A stretch of DNA of 63,879 bases, counting the filler, from Sphacelaria rigidula (Eukaryota): the NCBI GenBank assembly GCA_964200075.2. It is 10 parts of 10 records of this genome, joined end to end, with 100 filler letters (N's around TTAATTAATTAA, not from the genome) between each part and the next. Parts side by side here need not be neighbours in the genome. Positions count along the whole stretch, not along the records: positions 19,198 to 25,495 come from CAXNAA020020940.1; positions 25,596 to 31,893 come from CAXNAA020020941.1; positions 31,994 to 38,291 come from CAXNAA020020942.1; 7 more parts are not named here. One strand, 5' to 3'. The position numbers were made by a program, and so were the translations under genes. Of this stretch, positions 24,990 to 37,112 are shown piece after piece. Every line of letters begins with the position of its first letter. Position 1 is the first letter of the stretch. A model generated the notes under the pieces. The model was not told the origin of the DNA and did not search any database. It saw only the letters and a program-made list of their open reading frames with translations.

Positions 24990-26600
24990 TACGTAATGGG
25001 TGAGTCATGCATACATTGGTCAACACACTCGCGTTTTATAATCTCCATCACAGGCATTTTATTTTCCCTTGTTCAGGTTGTTCAGTTTACCAAAACATCA
25101 CGGCAAGCGTCTGCTCCCAGTCTCTGGACACCAAGATACATGCGTACCGAACACACGAGTTCTGAAAAAAAAAAAAAAACACTCCCTGAGTCCATTTTGG
25201 ACCACTTGGGGACTAGCCGGTCGTCGAGGATCCTACAAGTGTACCGCCCCAAGTCATTGCTATTTGATATTTTCGCTGCATCGAGCCGCTCCCGATCGAC
25301 ATGATCAGCAAATTAATGGTTCTGTTTTTTTAATGTTCTAACAATTCATTGCGCTACAGCCGAAAACACCTTTTAATCCAGGGGGCCCCATATCGGAAAA
25401 TGGCTGCACCACCGCCCCCCCGGGCCGCAAAAACCTCATTTTGGGGGTTGAAGAAGGGAGGGGGGGGGGGGGGGGTCTTGTTTGTTTGTTGGTTTNNNNN
25501 NNNNNNNNNNNNNNNNNNNNNNNNNNNNNNNNNNNNNNNTTAATTAATTAANNNNNNNNNNNNNNNNNNNNNNNNNNNNNNNNNNNNNNNNNNNNCCCCT
25601 TTCGCTTTACGTGAAGATTTTGCCTGACAAAACCATGCACTTTTTTTTTTGGGGGGGGGGGAGTGTATCGTAGAAAGTGTCGACCGTTCTCACTTATGAC
25701 GGCTTTCAAAATGGTTACTTTTCTCCCTATGGGATGGGCTGCATATAGACGACTTTGCCGTCAAGCCGGATTTTCCATTATGGTCATGACAACTGAACCA
25801 TAGATAACGTAGGCACAACTTGCGGGCTTTTTGCTTTGCTCATGGTCTATGCCGTTTGGCTGACCCCTCATATGTTGCTAATATAGGTGTACAACGCCCT
25901 TAGTGTTGTTGTGGAACACTAAGGACAGACATCAGCAGCATGCAGTAGACTGTGTTGAGCGGAGAGTGATGGAAACCTGACCGTTTATTGCCGTTGTATC
26001 CAGCGAAAACGTACAGCACACGTACTGACTCTGAACGCAATTGACCGCAGGGTCAAAACCGGTCAGGGATTCTCCGGGACTATTCCCTGAAAAGATGCCA
26101 AACACCCGCATGTTGATGGAAAACGACGTTTCGAGTAGTGAGAAAACAGCTATTCTGAACCCCAAACGTGGCATAATCCATCTGAGTCCATCTGAGGAGG
26201 GTTCATAGTACAAGGTTGAACATATAATCACTTGGGGAAATCGGACAATGTTTTCAGTAACATTACAAAAAAAAGGGTCCAAGGAAGGGTATATACAGTA
26301 ACGCCCGAGTGAAAAAAGCACACAAAAGTGGACGTACAACACCTTCTTCGCCGGTTCCACCATTGAAATGCCTCGTCAAAGATTACTGCGCACACTGCAC
26401 ACATGCGTATCTCAGATAAAACAGATGCGAACATACTGTGTACCAAAGACTACGGGACAAAAATCAATGGATATCGCATTTATAACCCAACCCAGTCCAA
26501 CCCCACTTAACTCAAGTCAGCATACTATATAATCATCGTTATCACCACCACCATCACCACCTATAACGACAAAACACAGCCACTACACGCCAAAACTCAC

Positions 26601-26793
26601 CGTCTCCAACCCTAAGCACGGCCTCAACCATAGCCGTCTCCCCCCCAGCCTTCAAATCCTTTTCCCAGATCACCGTGGGAGGCGGGTCGAACGTTGCCAC
26701 GGCCTCCGATACTACCGCGTTCACAGCACCCACCAACTCTGGACCTTGCTCTCCGTGTGCAAGGGTCTTCGCGGAGTTTATCTCCAGACTCAC
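26601..26793 (-). CDS. Exon 3 of a fragmentary gene with Ig-like beta-sandwich repeats
   Basis: Acceptor TTGACAG|, donor ACG|GTGAGT. Encodes VSLEINSAKTL...ELVGAVNAVVSEAVATFDPP...; its phase-0 start fits the 29645 donor. Confidence 0.7.
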
Positions 26794-27009
26794 CTGTCAA
26801 CGCAGATTTACATGGCGCAGGACGGTGTGAGTATATGCGTGACGGGGGGGGGGGGGGGGGGGGTGGCCCCAAAAAAAGGGGGGAAAAGGTGAAAGGAAAA
26901 AGGCTTCCCCAACAGGCCGCAAAAAATTTAATAAATGTTNNNNNNNNNNTGCGCTGAGGTGTGGTTCTTTTTTATGACCTACCCTGCGCCCCCTGTATAA
27001 CGGGGGGGG

Positions 27010-27067
<58 letters not shown>

Positions 27068-27339
27068 CGCTGGCACTCAGAAATGGAGGGAACATGTGAA
27101 CTGAACATGGCTTCACTACATGCACGCAAGAATTTCAATATATGATTTGTGACTTCACGAAATCCTTCTCACCGAGACGGTGATACGGAGTTTGCTTCAT
27201 TTCTGTCGTACCCACCTACCCCGCCTCTTCCACTCACGGCGCGCGCGCGGGGAAGGAAGCTTACTCACTTGTTGCTTGCTGTAGTCATTTGACCATTGAC
27301 TACGCATGCCTTTCCAGACGGACCACCAGCCCTACTCCC

Positions 27340-29090
27340 AAGAGAGACATCTTCAAGAGTTGAGCGCTCACTACCTTCCGTCAATACATTACACGAAAAC
27401 CTTATACATATCTTATCCCCTTCTCGTTTTCCCACCTGTGGCCACCCTCTATTTTCAAGTATATTCTTAGCTGCTGTGTCTGTACTGTTTCCAGCTGCCT
27501 CGCGAACTTCGCGTTCCTTTCCCATTTTTGCTCGGCATATTCTTCTAGCGTCGGTACAATCATGCTTATCAGAATACATCTCTTAATACTAGTATCGACG
27601 TTCGAGTCACGTAGAATCATGCCCATTTTGCCGGTTTGTGCCTGACCCTTGCTTATCAATTAAGGTTAAATGTGCATCCCAAGAAGAGTGTTTTCCTATT
27701 TTTACGCCAAGGTATGTATACTAGTCCCTGATCGGCAATTCCTCTTCTGCCAACGTCCATTTCAATTTTACCGGGTTTTCGTCATCTTCGGCTGCGCATT
27801 TCTTCACGTTCGCTGCTACTTTCCATTTCCTAGTGTATTCTAGCGCCTCCTCTATTTATTTCTTCAATCCCAAGCCCCCTCGTGATCTCATCGGCGACTA
27901 TCAATCCCGATACCGTCCCTTCCCCCATCCCGATTCTCGTGCTTTGCTGCCTCTATTGCTACTATTTTACTAGAAGTAAATATCTTGAATGAATTGGGTG
28001 ATGACGTACATTTTCGTGCAAGTCCTTGTAAAATTTCAACATATTATAATATTTCCCATTTAGCGTCATAACAAACTTCACGCACACGTCATCTTCTTCA
28101 CCGTCCTCCACATCTCCTGTGATCCCAGTTTTCCATTTCTTTCTCCACAGCCCACTTTTCCATCATACTGCATCATAGACCTTCTGTACATCTAGGAAGA
28201 AACGGTCCATTGTTGGCCCCGCGTCTTTCGTACCTTGAATGATCTCATGTAATGTATACACATGTTCTACGCAGCTAGGGTTTAGTGTATAGCTTGCTCG
28301 CCCATCCCTAATTTTTAATTCAATCTCCAGCACCGTCCTCACTCTCTCGTTCGAAAAATTGTAGAATATTTTTTCTGCTATGCTCAGTAGCGTTTTCCAT
28401 CGATGGTTCCCTGAGTCAGCGTTGTCCTTTCTTGAAAAGGTTCACTAGTACCCCCGCTCCACCTCTTGTATTCGTTTTTTCAGATCAAATTATATCACAT
28501 AGCCACCACGGTAGTGTCACCCCTCTCCCCCGTTTTTCATATATTTATATACTGTGTCGTCTGCCCTTGCCGCCTTTTCATGAGTTGAGCTACACACTCC
28601 TTTACTTCTTCTCTTGTGAGCCCTCTCTGCAATTGTTTCGAACCACAATATTCCGTGATGCCTCTATATTCGCATCTGCCCATTCGTTGGTTTCTTTCTC
28701 GAATTCCGCGTCGAGCCTGTAAGTTGTTCGTGCTCCTATTTCTCGGTAGTGCTCCACCAGTACTTCTCTCTCCCCCTTCGAACTACTAACCAGTGTACGG
28801 TTCTGTGTTCTCAGTGTGGCTATTCCCTTGCCTGATCCTCCTGACTGTTTGCCCTGTGCCTCTTCAATCCCCACCCGTAACTGCTTCATCCCGCCATCGG
28901 AATTTCCATTTGTTGTAGCAGCAACATCTTCCCACTTTTGCCTCTTTTACTTTTTCACCATATTATCCACATCTTTTCTAGCTTTACTCATCCCACCGCA
29001 CTGTGCTTATTATCGATTAATGTCTTATCGCGGGCCTCTCTACTTACTCTTACACCCTCTTGTCCTTCATCCCACCATTTTACTACCCTG
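27340..29090 (-). mobile_element. Decayed LINE (RT-encoding ORF2 remnant)
   Basis: Fragments GEREVLVEHYREIG..DAEFEKE.NEWA, FLDVQK, YLGV and IVP.LE...KFARQLETVQ on the minus strand, with many stops. Confidence 0.8.
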
Positions 29091-29644
29091 TTGCATACGA
29101 TCAGCTTTTCTTTTATGTCTGTACTTGCTGTGGTCTTGTACGGGGTGGGGGCGGTGGGGCGGTGGGGAGGGATTGCGTAATCACGCTTCTATGTGTAAGT
29201 TTCCCGCTTGGCGACGAGTCATGTGGGAAGCAAAGTAACGACCCTGCAGTGTGGTGTAGTGGGCAGCCGCTTAATTTGCTTGTGGTTAGCAAATAGACCC
29301 CTCTGATTCTGCGACAGCACATTGACAGATCCAAGTTGAATCCAGGCAAGGTCATGAGATAGATAGACGTACGCAAGGTGAACTAAAGGGTACGAATTCG
29401 AGAAAAACTCGTTGCAGGAAACTCGAAAAACAAGGGGTGCATAGTGAACCAGAAGAAAAAGCGGGAGGGGGGAGGGAGCGGCCGAGAAAATGTGTGGAAT
29501 GGATGGACGCCCTGAGTTAGGGCCTGGTTCTCGACATAGATAAACCTCCGACAGGTCCCTGCCAAGGGTGTTCCGTATACGCACAAAAAATTATAGAAAA
29601 CATATGCCCAGAACTGCAAACCGCGATAAAAAAGAAAGACTGAC

Positions 29645-29809
29645 ATTCCAAGTCTCGTTCTGTGAGGGCGAAGTGCGATTCCCGGCAGCATCCAGGGCTC
29701 CCAGCTGCAGGGCCGCCAGGCTCGAGCCGCTCTCGGTGTCGGTGGAGAAAAATGACCCATCTGAATTCGGGTCGGCGTTCAGGAGAACCAGTTCAGCAGG
29801 AGGCCCGGG
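29645..29809 (-). CDS. Exon 2 of the Ig-like-repeat gene fragment
   Basis: Poly-T acceptor TTTTGCGCAG|, donor AAT|GTCAGT, 165 nt, phase 0-0. Encodes PGPPAELVLL...LQLGALDAAGNRT. Confidence 0.8.
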
Positions 29810-30405
29810 CTGCGCAAAAAAAAAAGTAGAAGCAAAAATGTCGCAAAAAAAAAGCCGTTCATCGTACAGTGAGGAGAACCACATACACCGATACAAGTTA
29901 TTACAAACACAGAAACGCATTTATAACAAAATTGAATAGATAGGTACATATGCACACCGCACATGCGCACAACTTAATCCCCACACGGGAAATCGTGAAG
30001 TTTCTGTTGCCACCCGGACACAGTACCGGAGATGCCGACATGGGCGCGAAACACAAGGAGGGTGGTATTCAGCGTGCGACTGTTGGATGCGGTATTTCCC
30101 GACACCTGTCTAACCCCTTGGACCGCCAGAGTGGGTTCATCCCGGTCTTATCATCACTGTCGTTTTTTCAGGGAAACTGATGCCGGGTGTTGAACCCGGC
30201 ACTCTTCTACTTCCGATCGACCCTTTGATCGCCGGCGTTCCGTCACTCAGGTCTCAGTCGTTTTCCAGTCAAAATGATACCGATTCAACAAAATGACACA
30301 AATCCTGGAAGTCGACGGGTGAGCACAAACACGCCGGAAATATCAAGGCATGGTGACAACAAAATAGATACCGAGTATACACAATCATCGTTGTATCCCA
30401 CGAAC

Positions 30406-30570
30406 CTCAAAGGTGAGGTCGAAGCTTTTCTTGAACTCTCGCGTCTCGGGCGCATCTGCCCTGTCCCTCTGTATGTGAGCGATTACCGTCATCTCGAACT
30501 CTATCGCTCTCGAGACATACTCCTTTTCAGAGAGGAGGCCCTTCCCCGTAGGTACCAGTTTCCACGCGTG
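30406..30570 (-). CDS. Exon 1 of the Ig-like-repeat gene fragment
   Basis: Acceptor ATTCAG|, donor GAG|GTTCGT, 165 nt, phase 0-0. Encodes HAWKLVP...REFKKSFDLTFE, which joins PGPP in frame. Confidence 0.7.
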
Positions 30571-31309
30571 CTGAATACATACGTTGCGAAACATCGGTAA
30601 CAGACGCACAGGTGGCGCGGGGTAGGGAGGGACATTGGTTGCAGATCTCAACATTCAAGCCGCTACTCATTATGTAGAATTTATTTGTTTTCTACCTCGA
30701 AGATAAATAGAGAAATGGTTCAGAGTACGACACAACGTTTCGGTATTTTTACACATAAGAGACACCCAATTTTTCCGCGCTAACTCTATCGCGACGCCAC
30801 CATTCATTTCCCCCACTAGCCTGTGGTTCGGATTATGACCCAGGTAGGTTTCACTACTCTCGTGTTGTACCTTTTCCTCATCCTTTTACTCGTTCTGTAT
30901 TTGCGGGGGAGGGGAGGGGACGGGACACAGGAAGGTGCACCTTCGACGTTGCGGAGTAGAGTACGTCCCACAGCTGTAGATGAAAACAACCGTCACAATA
31001 TAAACAACTTACAACTGAAAATTGCTGTACACTCGGGCATTAAACCATATCAAGACGTCTGGGTGACCACCACCACCCATATTTATATCAACCGGGGGAA
31101 GGGGGTGGGGGGTGGGGGTGTACTCATTTGTTGCTTGCCTTAGCTGTTTTACCATTGACCACGCATCCTTTTCGAGATGGAGCATCCTTCCTACTCGTAA
31201 TATAGACACCTCCAACATTTAGGCGCTCATCAAGTGTCTTCCATACATTGCACGAAAACATTTTACATATCTCATCTCTTTCCTGTTTTGCCGTCTGGGG
31301 CAGGGGGGA

Positions 31310-33075
31310 GCGGGGGGGATGTACTCATGATCTTGCGTACCGTATCCGTGAGACCATTAACCCCACATTCCTACAAAACCAGGGCGGAGCACGCCGGATT
31401 TTCGCCGGACGAGGCTCGCAGTCAATCACCAACCGCGAAGCGCCGTGATGTGTTCGGCGAGTCGCACGAACGGTGAGCTGCATCCTGCTGAGACTGTTCG
31501 GCCCGAATCCTACCGATTATCTTGCATTTGGATGATGGCCTACAATGAGTTGCTTTTTTGTCTGGCATCCCAACTTCTAGCGACAGCGATGGCTCACACG
31601 TTGCCTCATGTGTGTCTCACCATGTAAACACTACGTAGCATGACCATCCCCTTTGCGCGGAGTTGAGGTTCCTCCACCCCGCACATACGATCTAGCCTAC
31701 CCCCATCGGGGATGCCGCAGAAAAACGCAAGCAAAAAGACCCCCCCCCGTTAATGTGGTTGTCAAGCATACGCATTGAGTTTTACAGCGTCGTTGCCAAC
31801 CGACGCCAACCCTGAAAAGGGGGGCGGGGGGGGGGGGGGGGGGGGGGGGGAGGGGGAAGAGCAAAAAAAAAGCGGCCTTTGTTTGAAGGCCCGNNNNNNN
31901 NNNNNNNNNNNNNNNNNNNNNNNNNNNNNNNNNNNNNTTAATTAATTAANNNNNNNNNNNNNNNNNNNNNNNNNNNNNNNNNNNNNNNNNNNNAAGGTCG
32001 GGACGGAGCACGCTGGGTTTTCGCCGGACCGGGCTCGCACTCAAACCACCAAGCGCGAAGCGCCGTCGTGTGTTTGGCGAGTCGCATAAAGGGTGAGCTG
32101 CACCCTACTAAGATTGTTCGGCCCGAAGCGTTTTGACTAGCTTACATATGGATGACAGCCTGCAATGAGTTGCTTCATTTTCTGGTATCTCAACTTCCAG
32201 AGACAGTCATGACCCACACACCACCTCATGGGTGTCTCACCATATAAGCACCACGTAGTAGGGCCGTCACCTTTGCGTGGAACTAAGGTTCCCCCACCTC
32301 GCGCAACGTGATCTCGACCACCATGATGGTTACCGCGAAATAAATGCAACCGCGCTAAAACAATCGGTAAACTGGTTGCCTAGCTTATGCAAGTAGTGAC
32401 GTCTCTTAGAGCATCGTTGCAAACCGACGCCAACTCCATAGGGGTTCCGTCCCAACAAAGCCGGAACGGAGGACGCCGAGTTTTCGCCTGACTAGGTTGA
32501 GGGATAGGAGGAAGGGGGGGGGGGGGATACTCAGATCTTACGTGCCATAGTCATAAGACTGTTGATCTCGCATCCCTACAAAGCCGAAATGGAGCACGCC
32601 GGCTTTTCGCTGGAACGGAATCGCAATCAATCACCAAGCGCAAAGCGCCGTCGTGTGTTCGGCGAGTCGCGCGAAGGGTGAGCTGCATCCTGCTAAGATT
32701 GTTCGGCCCGAAGCGTACTGATTATCTTGCATTTGGATGACAACTTCCAATGAGTTGCTTCATTTTTTGGTATCGTCACTTCCAGGGACAGCCATGGCTT
32801 ACACACTGCCTCATGAGTGTCTCACTATTCAAACACTACGAAGTACGATTATACCCTTTGCACGGAGTTCAGATTCTCCCACCCCGCACAACATGATGAT
32901 GCAGCTCTATCACCATCATGGTTACCGCAAAATGTTTTCGGTAACCTGGTTTCCTAGCTTACGCAGTGAGTGGCGTGCTGTACAGCGTAATCGCCAGCCG
33001 ACGCCAACCCCTTAGGGGGTTCGCTCCTGCAAGACCGGGACAGAGCACGCCGGGTTCTCGCTGGACCAGGCTAGA
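31310..33075 (+). repeat. Clustered copies of a very abundant unclassified repeat, spanning two contig ends; related copies near 9260, 12800-13010, 20090-20180, 57585, 60130-60650 and 61250
   Basis: Recurrent core ACGGAGCACGCCGGGTTTTCGCCGGACCAGGCTCGCAATCAATCACCAAGCGCGAAGCGCC, with units starting at (G)n-GTACTCATGATC. Confidence 0.9.
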
Positions 33076-33660
33076 ACGGAGGGAGGAGGGGGGGGGGGGG
33101 GGGGCCGTTTTTCGGGCTTTAACCGAGGGGGGCAAAGGGGGGTGGGGGCCAAAAACAGGGGGGCCTGGGGAAAATTTTTNNNNNNNNNNGCGGATCGGGG
33201 GCGGGGGGGGGGGGGGGGGGGGGGGGGGCACGCTTTTACGGACTTTACACGAGTGAGCATACTGGAGATGGTCGCAGAAAATAGGGTAGCCTGCGTAAAA
33301 TTTTCTCCAGAAAGGCACAACTTGTCGAGAACCAGCACACGAAAATTTCTCCCCTGCAAGCGCATATACCCTACTCCGGGACGCAATAGACGCCTCACGT
33401 CCTAAAACCTGGACAAGTTGACTGCAGAAGTTGTGTTTCAAACGAGACATGCCCTTTTGTCACGCACACAACTCGTACCCTACTGTAATACGTCATCACG
33501 TGAGCCAAATTATCAGTGAAGACCAAAAAGCAATACGTGAAGTTTCCCTGACAATTATGTTCTTGTGGTGTCACACGACGATCTGATGACATTGTTTATT
33601 TAACTTTTTTACGTGATTACGGCAACTCTACATCAAGCCGACCATCAAAAAGTGAATTAC

Positions 33661-34614
33661 CTTCGTGTACATGGACTGTCGTTCACCGTTCACGTCGTCA
33701 CCCTTCCCCGTCGCGAGCTTTCCCCCATCGTTTCTAATGATTTCCTTCTCCCGGCGACTGCCTCCCCTCCTCCATCCCCTCCTCCGCCCAGAGCGAATCC
33801 CGCCCTCGCCCGTGTCACCCGTGGGCACCGCTCGACGCATTACCGCCCCCCCGCCAGATGATACAGCCCGGCTGCGTATTACGCCACCACTGGCGTGCGG
33901 TGTGGGCATACCAGGCGGCCGTAAATGGCCGCTGCTGCTTGCAGTGTCGCAGTACCAGGCGCTGCGTCGGATGGTACCTCCTGCTGCCCGCCGTCGCGCG
34001 CGAGTGGGAGCCGCTGCAGCAGTGGCGGCGCCCCCTATCGGTGTGAGAAAACCCGCCCAACCGGCAGCAACTCGGCCGCTTCTAGGACGCGAGGGCATAG
34101 AGCAGCCGTTTCGCAGTGACAGCGCGGCTGCTGTTGCAGTCGGTGTTGTTGGTGGTTCGAGATCGCTTCGTGCTCGTCCTTGCAAGGTCGGCATTGCCAA
34201 CTCCGTGATCCTCGAGCGGTAGTTCCGTGGTGCATGTCTGCTGGTGACCGGTCGGATCACCGACTGTTGGGGTGCAATGACCCTGTTGTCCCCCCCAGGA
34301 CGTGTATGTGTCGTTGGAGTTGCTTGCTGGGAGACAGTTGCGGTGGTGGCCGTGAGTCCCAAAGATACTGCTGCTGCGAAGGCCACACGGAGTAAAGGGC
34401 GGTGAAGACGGGAAAAGGAGTTCCCGTTTCTGGTGTCGTTGCGACGGTGCAGCTGTTGCTGTTGTTCTTGTTGGGTGCTTCTTGGCCGTAGACGACGGTA
34501 CGGGTAAAACTGTGGATGTCGTTGCCGTGATCGTTCTGTAGTAGTGGTAGCGACGGTTACGCGTTGCTGCTGCAATGACAACAAACCGCGAGACCGGTGG
34601 AACGCCCAGCCCAC
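33661..34614 (-). CDS. Large low-complexity exon of an unknown protein; 5' boundary uncertain
   Basis: Open frame of more than 310 codons rich in Q/T/A/R, with a hydrophobic stretch VAFAAAVSLGLTAT, ending at donor AAG|GTAATT (33660). Confidence 0.55.
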
Positions 34615-36387
34615 GACAGTACAGTGTTCGGGAGGTGGGTGGTTACATGCGCAGCCAAAACGGATGAAAACAGAACACTTTTCATACTTGGAGGGTTCGA
34701 CTCGCCATGGAGCTACATGTAAATGCTAAGCAATCTCTACCTCTTCTTCTCTGGGCCTTGCTTCCGGCTTTAGTGAATAGACGTCGATGTCGAGACGATG
34801 CCTGATCGCAAATCGCGAAGGCTCAGAATTCACCAAGTGGGTGGGGCCTTTCAATTGTTGTACATATACAGGTGAAAAGAGAACAATTTCACGTCGAGTC
34901 TTCGTTTCTGCTTCACGAGTAATTGCTTGCGTGAGACACTAGCTGCACCTCCCTTGCTTCCTCTCTCTCTCTTTCTACCCCTCCCACTTTCTTGGACATG
35001 ACGCTCGAGTACCCAGAGGATAGCTTTACGGTGGTGTGGCACAACCGTTGCGAGATGGTACTGATCGACCACGGCTGGTACGCCAACTGCCGCGCAGAAA
35101 ATGTCGGCTGGCTTGACGCAGTATACTAGTACCGAGAGAAACTCGGTGCAATCTTCATTGCAACACCACACAAATCTGAAGCACGAAGCTCAGGAAAGGG
35201 ATCGAGTGCCAAACGACAGATCCGGCTCACGCAGACAAAATTTGAGCGTGTGTAGAAAATTTGTACAATTTTCCCCAGGAACATCCTTCCATGCGTGTGC
35301 ATATCACGGAAGTCGTAGGTCGGGTGCTGCCGTATCGCCATCTCGAGAGGTGTGTGGCACCGCAAAAGTTTAAGGAAGGTGCACTGGATGAAGCCTCACA
35401 ACAACCCTACATCCATCAGAAGATGCTCAAACCACCAGAACGGTGAAATAATGCATTCGCCCTTTTAAAATGCAGCTACATATACCTTGTTAGCATCCAT
35501 ATCTCTGCACTTCATAGCACCGCACGCACAGCAGCCCGTCCCAGCTGGCGGCAAATGTGTTGCGCGGTCTTTGTGTTCCACACTTGATCACAGCGTCTGT
35601 ATGTACCCGTTCTCTAGATTCTTGTTGGATGAAACAAGTAAGAAGTACTCGTAAATTACTTGATTTTATATAAAAAAAAAGTGAAATGAGTGGGTCTTGA
35701 CTATCGAAAAGGAACAGGAGGTGAGATCTTCTGGCCTATAGTATATCCATTTGTTACTGACGTGTTGGCCGTGGATAGTATATTATTCTGTTTTTTTTTG
35801 CTGCTCCTGACAACGGGCTGGATTCTTGCAATCAATCAAGCATCAAGCAGTATCTTCTCAACTTTGTGATCGTGTGTAGCACCCCGACGCTAGATTGACG
35901 ATTTCGTGATTCAAGAGCCTAAACTCCCACGAAATCCTATGTAGTGAGATTCATTGGCACTTTATTTGCCGATGGAATAATCCTGGACGAAAAAGTCGCT
36001 GCTTCTACTGTATTGAGAAAATTTTCGGTGTACACAGGAGTAGAATGTTCCGGTACACATAACCTGAGACATGAAAGGGGTGTTATACCCCGTTTGTCCT
36101 CTCAAATAGTATTCCGAAATGACGTTTACTGCATGACGTATTTGGCCACAGAGCCAACGTCAAAGATTTTTCAAGTGCGCGTGTGCGGAGCAGCGGAACA
36201 GAGAGTACATCCGCTGAGACGCGGTATTAGAAGTACTGCGTTCTGTACAAACGGGACGCGCTGCTGTACGAGTCCGTTTGAGGAGGCAGCAGCAGCACAA
36301 GCAGAGAGTATAGCGAGAGGCGACCACAATCAAATTGCTGCTGAGAGCGCGTTGTGTTATTCATCTGTCCTCTCGTTTCCTGTATTC

Positions 36388-36687
36388 ATGAACGAAACTA
36401 TGAACAGAAGCACACGCACCCGTCGACGGCCCGATATCAGCAGCAACACAACATCATCGTTGCCCTGCGTAGTTGGGGCGGTAGCGGTGGTGCTGGCCGC
36501 AGCGACCGTCGGGTGCGACGGGTTCACCTTCAGCGCGCGTCCGTCCGTTCTGCGTGGCAGCCAGCAGAGATGCCAGGGATGTGTGACAACGACGAGCATG
36601 GTGGCGTCCGTGCCAAACGTCGGGACCAAGCCGACCTCCGCCCCTAGGTCAGGAGCTGGGCGCGCCAACAAGCGACTTCATGTGCAG
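36388..36687 (+). CDS. First exon of a probable plastid-targeted protein (bipartite presequence)
   Basis: Hydrophobic core VVGAVAVVLAAATVG, cleavage motif CDG|F, then an S/T/R-rich acid-free transit peptide. Donor CAG|GTACTG at 36688. Confidence 0.7.
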
Positions 36688-37089
36688 GTACTGCTACGCG
36701 GTATATTCTGGTCGCAAATATAATGTACATCGTAACATATCTCTTTTATATTAATATGATCTATTTTGGTGTTCAAAAGCTCTTCCCGGCCGCGTTCGTG
36801 TTTTCTGGTTTATCATGCGTGCTGTGTTGTTCCTTGAGCATCGGTTCAGGGGGTCGGGGGCAGTTATATATGCTGTAACTAGTGGTGCGGGTGTATATTC
36901 TTCGTGCTTGCGTGTTTTGCGTTGCATGACGCATGGACGGGTGGACAGAGAATGCGTGAAAACTTGCACGAGAGACGGCACGCGTCGCTTCCTGCTGGTT
37001 TTCGGCTGATCGTTTGATGGCTCCGACTCAGTATTGGTCGTAGTGACTGTATTTCATTTTACAGTTGGATGTACTGACTGTACTTGCAG

Positions 37090-37112
37090 ATGAACGCAGA
37101 AAGCAACGTTGG
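37090..37112 (+). CDS. Probable 23-nt micro-exon (MNAESNVG) of the same gene
   Basis: Branch-like CTGAC, acceptor TTGCAG|, perfect donor G|GTAAGT; phase 0 matches the 36687 donor. Confidence 0.6.
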
